DNA of 64,000 nucleotides from Geosiphon pyriformis uo1 (taxonomy: Eukaryota; Fungi; Glomeromycota): contig JAAOMT010000770.1 in NCBI GenBank assembly GCA_016748015.1, positions 4,223 to 68,222 on the forward strand, in the 5' to 3' direction. Positions 1-11,408 of this stretch are shown here, in pieces. The notes below the pieces were generated by a model. It saw nothing but the letters and a program-made list of their open reading frames with translations, ran no database searches and was not told where the DNA came from. A program made the translations under genes and the position numbers. Every line of letters begins with the position of its first letter. Within the stretch, counting starts at the first letter, position 1.

Positions 1-226
1 TGCTGCAAGGTGTAACAAGAGCACCGGATTGGGCCCTTATTTCCTTGGAATTGGTGATAACCTTCTTTTGTCTATTTCTAAGCACAAAATTGAGGTAACA
101 AAGTTCTGCGAGTTCTTTGGGAAGAAATGAACACTGAAAGAAGAGGAGGTATGTAATATGTCTCAATCACGAATCTCATCATAACTTTTCTATGGCCACA
201 GTTTAATATGAGCCTTAATATATAGG

Positions 227-820
227 TGAGTACATCGAGAGTAACGAACACACTTGCTACTCATCAAAAGACTCAAGTCATCAGGCAAATGGTAACTCGG
301 AGCGCCGATGGCGACATTTAGTGGCAAGGTACGCTGGACACTATGCACGTGGTTCATATCGAAGCTTGAGATGCTAACTGATATTTCAGATTAATGAGAA
401 AGAGGAGGAGAAAGAGAAAGAGAAAGTTGGTGGTGAGAGAAAGGAAGGTTTATTGGAGCCAGAGAAAGATGCATTTTTAAAAAAATTGAAGCGACTCTTG
501 TTTGAGACATTACCGGTCTTGTAAGTATCTTTCTTTGGGCTCTGTTTTGTTGGAGTACTTGAAGATGACTTTGTGTTTTCTTTTAGTTTTGATGCATATG
601 CCTGGCCATACGATAATCCTCTCAAGAACCGCGATATGTTGGAGGAGAAATTTATGAATACATACATTTATCCCGTGTTAAAGAAGACGCTTCATCGATT
701 TTCGAATATTTGCTATATACGTAAGGTTTTTTTTTTAAGTGTTTAAAGTAAAGGCCACTACATTTCTCATTTTTTTGTAGCGGCAATAAGCAATCGACGC
801 CTCGACATATTTCTTTAGGT
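227..820 (+). pseudogene. Degenerate multi-exon gene fragment of unknown family
   Basis: GT..AG introns with a branch site (gtacgc..gctaac..cag 329-389; gtaagt 521..ttttag 586; gtaagg 721..tgtag 780) link coding-like segments (INEKEEEKEKEK..LKRLLFETLPV; FFDAYAWPYDNPLKNRDMLEEKFMNTYIYPVLKKTLHRFSNICYI). Frames do not join across the first and last introns, so it is probably decayed. Confidence 0.35.
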
Positions 821-2286
821 ATCCATAAACTTTTTTGAAATTGACACGTGCGAAATTCCGACAGATCTGAGGTGCTACTGATAGAGAATTCCAATTGGTG
901 AGGACCAAACGAAGCTACGGTACAGCAATACGCACAACCTGATGGTTCTCTTATGGTTAACCCACAATGGATTCCAAGCGAACAGTACGAAACCCATAAA
1001 CGCGAGCAAGATTATTTAGGTGGATTGTGGCAAAAGTGCAGAATTATAAAATTATAGAATTATGGAGGGAAGATGACCTAAGTTAAATATGAAAAAGTTA
1101 GCCAAGACAATCCAAAACTAATGCCACATTATTCTCTATTTGCGTGAGTGGGTGTTCAAGCTTTAACTTTATCACACCTATTGTACCCTGACACTTAATC
1201 TGGACTTGAATTTCATTGATTAAAACAGGAAAAAACATGAATTTAGTTTTACATTTTCTCGTGAAAACACCAATTACATTCTTTGTAGAGAAATATTTAT
1301 CTTTTCTCTCTCTCTTATGAGATTTATCTGTTATCAAATTTTTGAAGTTTATACGATAACCAAAAACTGTAAATCTCATTATGACATCATTAAATGGATA
1401 CGCCATTAAACGCCATCACTAGATTACTTTGAATCTAAAGTTTTTCCAAAAAAAAAGGTAAAATTTATGTCAGGTTTAATAAAGTTTATAAAAGATATAG
1501 CTTTAGACAAAATTTTCAGCTGTGAAATAATCATTCAAATTGATATTAAAATAAAGTTTAAAAATTGAAAATTCTAGTTTTTACATTTATAATATTATTA
1601 TAATAAGCCAATTTTGTAAATTGTACATTAACTTTTAAAATAATATATATATTGGAGTTGTAGTATTATATTAAAATAAAGTTTCACCATAGGAATTACA
1701 AAAAAAACCATTCAAAGTATACTTTACAAAATAATCTTTGCAAATTATAATCATTATTATTAATTATCTATTGCTTTATTTTTGTTTACAAATTACAAAG
1801 CACAATTTTTTAGACAATCAGTATAATTTAATGTAGATTATTTAAAAGATTTTAAAAACAACTCAAATAAGAAAGCTTTATTTTTTTTGAAGTGTTTAAA
1901 TTAATGTTTCTAATCAGTTAATTACTTAAAAATTTTTAACCAGTATTACTCATAAAGTAATAGAGAAAAATTATAATAAATTAATATATAGCATAAATAG
2001 CCAATTAAATATTAGAAGTTAATAGATAATATAATAGAAATTTTAACAATAATTCAGAAAAAGTGTAAAAATTATTAGAGATTCTAATAATTTGAATAAT
2101 GAAAATTATGTTTATATAACAGTATTAAAAACAGAAAAAATATCTTCCAATTTTCAAAATTTAATTTCTATCAAGTATTTTTAGTAGTTAGAGAATTTAA
2201 TATTTTAAACCAAGTTTATTCTAATAAAGTTACTATTATTATTATTTAATATTTAATTTTATAAATTCATATTTATCTTGTTAAAA

Positions 2287-4930
2287 TTTTTTTTTTTATT
2301 ACAAGTTTTATAAGTAAAGTCCAACTGCTATTTAGTACATAGAACCAAACCAAGTGGAACCAATTAAATACAGCTTATGCACAAACTACATGTGGCCAGC
2401 CACTCAGGCCAGACAAGACAACACTACACACCTATGATAATGAAAGCATCACCATCCAAACCAGAAAAAAAATGACACAATTTGCACCTACCAAACCTAA
2501 CAGCAAAAGATTTTAAAACACCAAGCATATAAACAACACCAGCTGACAATGGAGAAACCATACTGCTGGCCAAGCCAGAAACCATACTATTATCCCTAAC
2601 TAAGCCAGCCTTCTCTATTTCTGCTCTATGCTTGGCTTTAACAGCCCATATTCAAATGCACTACAACTCTACTACAAATCTGACATATTCCACAAGGGTC
2701 TGAACAGCTTTCTTCTTTCTCTCAAAAACTGAAACAGCTTTGGCATACCAACCTTTCATTACAAAACTCTTGCACACTGCCATATAAAGATTTACATCCA
2801 AAGAATACAATGAGAGTAAGAGCAAAATAGCAAATAAAAACGCACTTGAAAGACTAGATATCAACATCTATTTCTCAGCAGCTTCAACTAAAATGTTCCC
2901 ATGGAGACCAGAGTCACCAGAACAAGTAAAAGCATGATCAAAGAACTCTATCTTACCACACAGCAAACACAAAACACCAGGATAACCTCTGTTATACAAT
3001 CTCTTTCTAACTACAACTAACAGTTGTTTATATACAGTCTTTATCAAATATGTGTGTAAATTGGCCGACTTCCTATTGGTAAACCCAGAAAACATGTGTA
3101 AATCAGGATGCCAAATTGTTGCAGTAGCATCCCAATCTATATCCTTAACTATAACATTTGGAACTATATCAAAACTTAGACCAGCTTCCCAATAGACACA
3201 GCATATTGATTGGTGTAAGTCTCTAGCAAAATGACAAACATTGCCAGATATGGCAGTCTTCTCAGTGACCAAAAACCTCTCTCAGATTTTAACTGGCAAA
3301 GAAAAAGATGAGGAAATAGTCTTACTAGCCAGCACATCAGTCTTTACATTGCCTAACACATCTGAATGTCCTTTAATCTTTACCCACTTAATTGAAATAT
3401 TCTTGTCTCTAAGAAGATTGACAATTTGCAATCTTTCAATCCAACAATGGTTATGAAAGTCAAGTGTAGTTGAAGAAGCCTCAGAAATGCAGGCATCAAT
3501 TGCAGATTGACTATTTGAGTACAAAACCACTGAGCAAAAAGATGGAACACACTTCAAAGCCAACACCATAGCTTGCAGTTCAGTTAACATAGAAGACAAA
3601 AGTTCAGTAATCTTAATTTCAATGTCTGTGTTCACAGCTAGAAAGTATGTAGCTGCTCCATCTGCTGCCTTAACAGAACTAGTACCTCTCAAGGACTCAT
3701 CTGTATAAACTTCAATGCAATCAGACCACACCTTTAGTAAACTATTACAAATTTCAGAGAACTTATTAGAATCCAAAATACTCAGCACATCTTTCTTAGT
3801 AGCAGTAGCAGCTTCAACCTTTAAAGAAACAGAATTGTTCATAAAATCAGACATCAAAGAAAACCAGTGAGGCACAGGACTCCTTGGGTCTAATTGTTTC
3901 CAACACCAAAATGTTTTCTATTCCATTACTCTTTCTTTTTTATCAAGAATTCTGTTACCAAAAGCAACACCAAAATGCTTCAATGAAAAAATAGACTTGT
4001 AATACAAAGACTAACTCGAAATGCCAGACATTGGAAAATCACCAGACTCATGAAAGACACAAGGTAAATTGTTTGCCAAAAATAGCTCATTCTCCAAAAA
4101 AATTTTCACTATCTCAGCCAAAAAATTGTTTACAGAATTGACATGCAACTTAAAAAAAAATTGCAAAGGATTCAGAGGAGATCATCCCAAAACTTGCAAA
4201 TCCAAAAATCTATGATTAAATAAACCCCCAAAAATGCCATGTTCATTAGAAAATAAAATCAGTAAAGCCAGTTTTCCTTCAGACTGTACTTGCTCAAAGG
4301 GCTTCAAACCATATAAAGAAGAATGGTACAAGACCTTACTGAAAAAGTCATATAGTAAACCAGCTTTGGCTCTAAGATCTTTTCTAACCATGATATCCCA
4401 CTTATGACACACATCTAAAATAACAAAACTGAACTGTGTACGATAGCTAACAATAGATTGCAAAACTACTAAAACCAAATAACAGAATTGTTTGTCTGTA
4501 ATAGCTTTTCTCAACACTATATTAGAAAAAAACCTAACATCCTTATGGGCATGAGCCAAACTGGGCTTAAAGAGACCCTCAGTTAAGAGAAAAATATCCA
4601 AATATCAGTGTGATTCACCCTTTTTAGTAATTAAAATCGGCAAACCATTAATTAATAGCAAAGCATTCTTAACTCTCTGATTGATAGGAATTGCCACTGT
4701 CTTATTATTATTAATTAAGATATTATTGATCACAAAAAACTCACTTGCAATGTTTAAAATATACTGCATAGATGCTTAACTACTTCCGACCCAAATTGTA
4801 TCATCAACAAAAGCACCTGCAGCCAAAAAAAAAGTTTTTTCTCCACTCACTTCAATTTTGCCAGACTTTGCTACAAACTTAGAATCAATTCTATATTCAC
4901 ATAAGCATTCATGCCTTTTTACTTTACATA
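2287..4930 (-). mobile_element. 5'-truncated, decayed non-LTR retrotransposon (LINE): RT C-terminal part, RNase H, CCHC zinc motif, 3' UTR and poly(A)
   Basis: Minus-strand translation gives the RT catalytic motif AGAFVDDTIWVG (~4790-4825) and an RNase H in ORF 3282-3875 (VYTDES..ELQA..SNSQSAI..WVKIKGHSDVLGNVKTD). CLLCGKIEFFDHAFTC lies in ORF 2868-3272. There are multiple stops and frameshifts. A T11 run at 2287-2297 on the plus strand corresponds to the element's poly(A) tail. Confidence 0.9.
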
Positions 4931-7360
4931 TTGTTAAAATTACTTATTGTTAATACTTAGTTTATTAAAACAACTAAAAAATCTAATTAATAAAATACTA
5001 ATTCTTTATTTATTATTTTTATTATTATTATTAATTTTTTTTGTTTTGTATACTAATTGATTACAGAAAAACATTAAAATTATAACACTAAAAAAAGATT
5101 GTTTGGTGAAAAATACAAAAATAAACATAAAATTAACTTATTAGATATTAAATTACTTACTAAAAAAGTACTAAATACTAAAATAAACTAGTTAAGATGC
5201 CAAAAAAGCCAAACACCAAATGTTATTAGTTATTACAACTTGAATTTCTGTTTATTATACAAAAAAATTAACTGTTAAAATCTTCAAATTTATTAAAACT
5301 TCCAGAATTATTTACCAAAGTACAGTACTAACTTACAAAATTCTTAGTTAAATCTGTTTTATTTTTTATTTTTTTAATACTAATTATTATTTTAAGTTTA
5401 AAAAAGTTTTTAATAAAGTAATAGTTAAAATTAGTATTTATATAAAAATTGTATTTGGTAAAAAAACTTTTGAACATTAATATTATTATAAATACTAAAG
5501 TTTAGATTACTTAGTTTTTAATTATTAAGCTGTTTTTTATAGTTTTTTAAAACAGTTTTTAAGTTTTTTGATATATACAAAAGTTTTATTAGTTAATTTG
5601 CTAACTTAAAATTTTATGTTAAAGCTTTGTTTTTTTGTTAAAGTTTAGTTTAGTTTTTTCTAATAGTTCTGTTAATATAGAATGTAAATTAAAATTGATT
5701 TCTTTAAAATTTAAGTTGTAAAATTTGTTAAGTTTAATTAAATCTGTGATAACAAAAATTGATTCTTTAATAAATTTAATTGTTATTTTTTAGCTGCTAA
5801 AATTGATTTTATTATAGACGTTGAAAGTTGTTTTGTTTTTTAAAAGCTCAGATGATGCTTGTAAATCTGGATGTTTTAAATCAATTATAATTAATTATAA
5901 AAAAGATATAAATATATATTATGTTGAAGAATAAGATTAAGTTTAATAAGAATATAATTAAAAAATAACTGCATAAACATATTAAAAATAAACAGGCATT
6001 TGCTAAATACTTTGGTAAAATTGAAGCATTAAGTACTTTTGATTTGAAAAATAGATGATTTAAGTTTGAATGGTTGGTCACATGTAGTAAATTCATAAAT
6101 CATACTTATAGTTTAACTTCTTTAGAGTTTATATTATAGATTATGATAAAACCATATTTAGTTATTAAAAATCTTTTATTAATTATAACATTATTTATGA
6201 ATTTTTGAAATAAAACAAATTATAAGCTTATAAATGTTTGAATAATAATCAGTTTTTAGACAAAATAAAAGTCATATAAAGATAATTAATTAAGTTATGA
6301 TATATCAAGAAATTGAATTAAAATGATGGTTTGAATGAATTTTATAAAAAATAAAAATAAAATTATTTTGCTTTAGAAAAGTCATAATAATAAGTTTTAC
6401 ATTACAATATAAAATATTTTAATATTTTATAATTTATAATTTATTATTTAATTGTTCAATTATCTAATTATTTAGTTTAATTATTGTAATAATTATTAAT
6501 ATTAATTAAAATTAGCATTAATTTACAAAAAAATTTACGAGTACATTAAATACTTTTCATTATTATTATTTTTTCAAGTTTGTAATTTAAACAGGCTTTG
6601 ATACAAATTTATCGTTCAAAAATTTCATTTTTTGTAATTATTAGTTGTTTGAAATAATTATAAAAAAAAGAATTTGATGAATTTGTATATTTATATAAAT
6701 AAAATAATAAAAAATAATTATAGTTTAAAAACAAATTAATAATTTCACAATCAGAAATATGATTGGTTTAAATTTATTTATATAATAAAACAAATATTAA
6801 TTACCATAATCAAAAGCCTTTTTATTTCTATTCCGATATTTACTATTGCAGTCACCTGAAAATTGCTACAAAACATATTAATTTAATCAAATAAAAAAAG
6901 AGGCAATAGGATCATAACTTTCCTAAAATCAGAAAGCCGCAATGAATAATAGCAATCAAACTCTTATCTTATATAGAGTGGTGTTTACGATAAAATCCTC
7001 ATCATAGCCAAAACCAAATATATTTCGGCGAAACCTCAATACGATAAATCAAATAATGTTTCGAAAATAACGATTTAAGAGCTCCTCTTGTTTACTTTGG
7101 CTCTATTTTCCCGTTTCAATTCTCTATCTTTAATGAAATCTAACCATTCGTTTTCCGTTGCAGATCATTATTTCGGTAAAAACTTCATAAAATGTAATGA
7201 TACAATACGCTAAAACTGCAAGTGTTTGGATCAATTTACCATGTGTAAGTTTATCGTCGTATCTAACGATAGGCTTGATTTGCACCAATATAAATAATAG
7301 TAGTGTTTGAGGGCTTTAATAAACTCTTGCTTTGTAGAAATTTTACTTCTCACCTTTTAA

Positions 7361-9755
7361 ATGTCTGATTTACAAGAACAACAGCAGGAAAACATTCCTG
7401 CTAATTCTGAAATCTTTAGTGAAAAAAAAGTCAAGGTTCTACGGGCTCTAATTGGAGCTTTCATAGCTGAACTCGATGAAACCGAGCAACTAATCTTTTT
7501 GAACAGTGATGGCAAAGCTATCACTTCAAAACCGGAATTGTTGGAAGAACTCGGCAAATTTGATTTATCAAAATCAGACGATTTTTTAGTTAAAATTCAA
7601 AATAGGCTCAAAAGCCTCCCAGCTGACAAAATTCAACAATTGAACTCGAATCTGAAATTGTTGTCAAATGGGGTTACCGCTTATCCATTGACCGGAGCAG
7701 CAAAACCTTTTTATGAACTTTCAAGGAAGCAACGTGAAGCAGTGTTACTTAAATGGAGTACCAGTTCACAAGGGTTCTCCCGAAAGCTATTCACTTCATT
7801 TTCTAAAATGATTTGTGGCAGTTTTTGGTCAGGAGCATATCATTTTTACCCTGCAATTGGATATCCAGGTGTTGATCCAGAGCTTAATGGACCTAAATAC
7901 AAAAATAAAGATTTCCCACGGTTTGAATTTTTAAACCCACCAGAAGAACACGAAGCTGAATTACAATTTGATGTGATTGTCATTGGTTCAGGCGCTGGTG
8001 GCAGTGTTGTGGCCGCTGAATTATCCAAAACGGGGCAAAAAGTTTTGGTCATTGAAAAAGGCAAATATTATCATCAAAGTGAACTCTCTTTGGATCAACA
8101 AGACTCACAAAAATTATTTGAGGGTAATGGAGGTTTGTTAAGCGAAGATGGGAGCTTAAATGTGGCCGCTGGTTCCACTTTTGGTGGTGGAACTACCGTG
8201 AATTGGTCTGGATCTCTCAGGGTTTGTATAGCTTGAACTTTAGTTAAAAAAATCTTGATTTAGAATTTTCAATTTTCGATCTTCTCAATTTCCAATTATT
8301 CTATATTCCGTTGCTCTGAACGACTTTTGATTTAAAACCTCCTTAATTCAGCCCCAACATTTTATACGCGAAGAATGGTCCCGAAAAGGATTGCCATTTT
8401 TCTTGTCTGATGAATATAGTAAATGTTTAAATATTGTCACGGCAAGAATGGGTGTCACAGAGGAGAATATTATACATAATGGATCCAACAAAGTTCTTAT
8501 TGATGGCTGCAAGAAACTCGGATTTGATGTTGAAACGATTCCACAAAATTCAGCAGCCTATCCCCATCAATGTGGATGGTGCTGTTTTGGTTGTAGATAT
8601 GGTGAAAAACAAGGTGCATTAATGACATTCTTACGCGATGCCAAAGATAATGGTGCCAAATTCATACAAAACTGTTATGTCGAAAAGGTCATTATCAATA
8701 ACGGAAAAGCCGTTGGAGTTTCAGCAAAAATTGATGGACATGAATTTACGATTCATGCACAGAAAATTATTGTTTCAGCAGGATCACTTAACAGTCCAGC
8801 GATATTAATTCGAAGTGGATTAAAGAACAAAAATATTGGGAAAAACCTTCATGTACACCCTGTCACCTTTATATATGGCGTTTTTGATAAGGAAATAAAA
8901 TCTTATTCTGGTACCCTCATGACCTCATTATCAAAAGTTGTTGAAAATCTAGATGGTCAATATCACGGTGCAAAAATTGAGGGCATGGCTACACATCCAG
9001 CCCTGTTGTCACTTATATGTCCATGGAAGTCGTCTTTGCAACATAAAACGATGATGACTCAACTCAATCACATCGCTCCTCTGACAATTTTAGTTCGTGA
9101 TAAAGACTCGGGAAGAATAGCCGTAGACAATGAGGGTAAACTACGTGTTCACTATACAATCAGTCCACATGACGCCAAGAGTATGGTGGCTGGAATTATT
9201 GCTGGTTTGAAAATTCTTGTTGCTGCTGGTGCTAAGCGAATAGCAACGGGTCAAGCGGGCATAGAAGAGTTTGTAACCGCAAAAGAAGATCCGTCAAATG
9301 ATCCTAAATTCTTGAAATATTTAGAAAAAGTAGCTAAAGTTGGTGTAGCCCCAAACCAAACATTCATGACAACAGGACATCAAATGGGCACATGGTAAAA
9401 TTTATTCTGATGGGTTTTCTAATGTTATTCAACTATTTAATCAAAATTCATCCTTTGAAAAGCCAAATGGGTTCCAGCCCATCAAGTTCAGTTGTAGACT
9501 CTAACGGTGAGAGCTGGGAGATCAAAAATTTGTATGTCGCTGACGCTAGTATATTCCCGAGTGCATCTGGCGTTGATCCAATGGTAATTTAAAATGGGTT
9601 CTTCCTCTATCCAAATTTTAGGATCAATTGCCAATATTCAATTTATTTTTTATTCTTCAATTTTAAAGGTCACCAATATGAGTCTAGCATATTCAGTCGC
9701 CAAAGGCATCATTTATAAAGATACACCGAAGGTAAGCAATGGATTTTTTTTTTAA
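7361..9755 (+). CDS. Long-chain fatty alcohol oxidase/dehydrogenase (FAO-type GMC oxidoreductase), ~703 aa
   Basis: Exons 7361-8221, 8352-9394, 9463-9583 and 9669-9755 join in frame. An alternative last intron (9732-9853) would give a stop at 9928. Motifs: FAD-binding DVIVIGSGAGG, VLVIEKG, AGSTFGGGTTVNW, CGWCCFGC, SAGSLNSPAILIRSG, GKNLHVHP, HQMGTCQMG, NLYVADASIFPSASGVDPM. Confidence 0.93.
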
Positions 9756-10647
9756 ATATAGTTTCTTTCAAACTTTTTGTGAAAAAGTTCCAAAAGTCAA
9801 CAGGAATCGTCCACTTAGCTATACCGTTTGATTATTTCCCTGTCTCAAATTAGGCGATACCACGCGCCGTCCACACAAAAAGACGAACATTGAGTATGCG
9901 CATTCAAAGTCGTAATTTCTCTTTATAAGAATAGTCATTTTTAATTAATTGTGAGTTTAATGCTCTAAAAAATAATTTTTTCAATTTTTCCACAATCTAA
10001 ATTTAACGTTACCAAATTCCTTACAATGTATTAGCAATGATAAAGATCGTTTCTCAATATTCAAAAATATAACGCAATTTGATATAGAAGATGGAGAAAA
10101 TTTAATAATAATAATAATAATTTACAAATGCTTGAAACTTTATTTTATATTGGACAATTTAAGTTTGCATTATTTTATTTTGGCTTTCTTCCTTTGTTTC
10201 ATGGTTTGTGCTATAAAAGTCTGAGTTTTGAAAAGCTTTGAATTTATTCTCAAACGTAATATCTTGCCATAATATTAAATTCAAATGAAATCAAAACGCC
10301 CGAGGTATTCATATCCTTTTACATACTTCTTGTTGCAACCTGAGCAGTCATTATTTGGAGCATTAATATGTTTCGACATCTGGCTAACAATCGCTTAGAA
10401 ACAGAAATATAAGATTTTTCTTTAAACTTAATTAAGCCTTATTGTGGTATTGACAACTTTCAAATTTTCAACCTTAAACTGGTATACATCTGAGTTTCTA
10501 ACAATAAAGCTCGCTCTGAAGTTGTAACAGAATTTTCAAGCTGACACATCAATATAAAAAAATCAGTGTTGATCGCCTACGCTGACAGTGACAGATATAT
10601 GAACATGCCAAATCATTCCCTGATCTATTCATCTTACCACAAATGCG

Positions 10648-11408
10648 ATGTCTTTTCCTGATCTTACAAAATTACCTTCAGCCAATAAAAAAATTGAATC
10701 TATACCTCCCCAACAAACTCCCCGAAACCCGCCCGACCTTCTTGACAGGTATGGTTTATCACCTAAGGATCGAATTTCTGCGACCACTATAGTTGGGCTT
10801 TTTTATGGATTCTTGTACGGGTCATATGAAGGTGGAAAACGAACAGGGTTTCAATACCTCGCCGAAAATGCGCATAAATTGCCAACGACACGTAGTGGAT
10901 GGTATTTTTATCATAAACGCAAAAATCACAAAGTTATTTTAGGTGGCATGAAACATGGGGTACGTTATTCTGTGAAAACTGGTAGCTTGTGTTTTTTATT
11001 TGTTGGTATCGAAGCTGGATGGGATTCTGTGAGAGGTGAAGCCGATTTCGCTAATACTCTGATATCAGGCCTTTCTACTGCGTTAATTTTTTCATCAATT
11101 TGTGAGTATTTTTATTTTATGATTTACATCTACTGGTAAATATAAATACTTTCAACTACACCAAACCAATTTTTACGCTAATAGATCGCTTACCAATGCA
11201 AAGCATAAAATATGCATGTATGTTTGGGGGTGGGTTTGGCCTTTTTTCTGGAGTAGCCCAGGATGCCTATAGATATTATAAAGGTGAAAGAATCTGGTAT
11301 TTTGATCGATTTCTGAGTTCGAACAAGGCCACAGTTAAAATTTCGGAACCCCAAGTAGAAAATTATGATGCCCGAGATTTTAGGGATGAAAAGTTAGATT
11401 TCAAATAA
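10648..11408 (+). CDS. Tim17/Tim22/Pmp24-like small multi-pass membrane protein (conserved fungal hypothetical), 225 aa
   Basis: Exons 10648-11101 and 11185-11408 (gtgagt..atag intron) join in frame. It has glycine-rich TM helices, the RGEADFANTLISGLSTA segment typical of Tim17-family helix 3, and the fungal motif LAENAHKLPTTRSGWYFYHKRKN. Confidence 0.75.

Noticed and set aside
386-1406. Minus-strand ORFs 386-667, 652-894 and 1098-1406
   Set aside because: No recognisable motifs. The first two are antisense shadows of a plus-strand decayed gene.
7285-7295. CCAAT/TATAAA upstream of the alcohol oxidase
   Set aside because: Such words occur frequently by chance at this AT content, and no TSS data are available.
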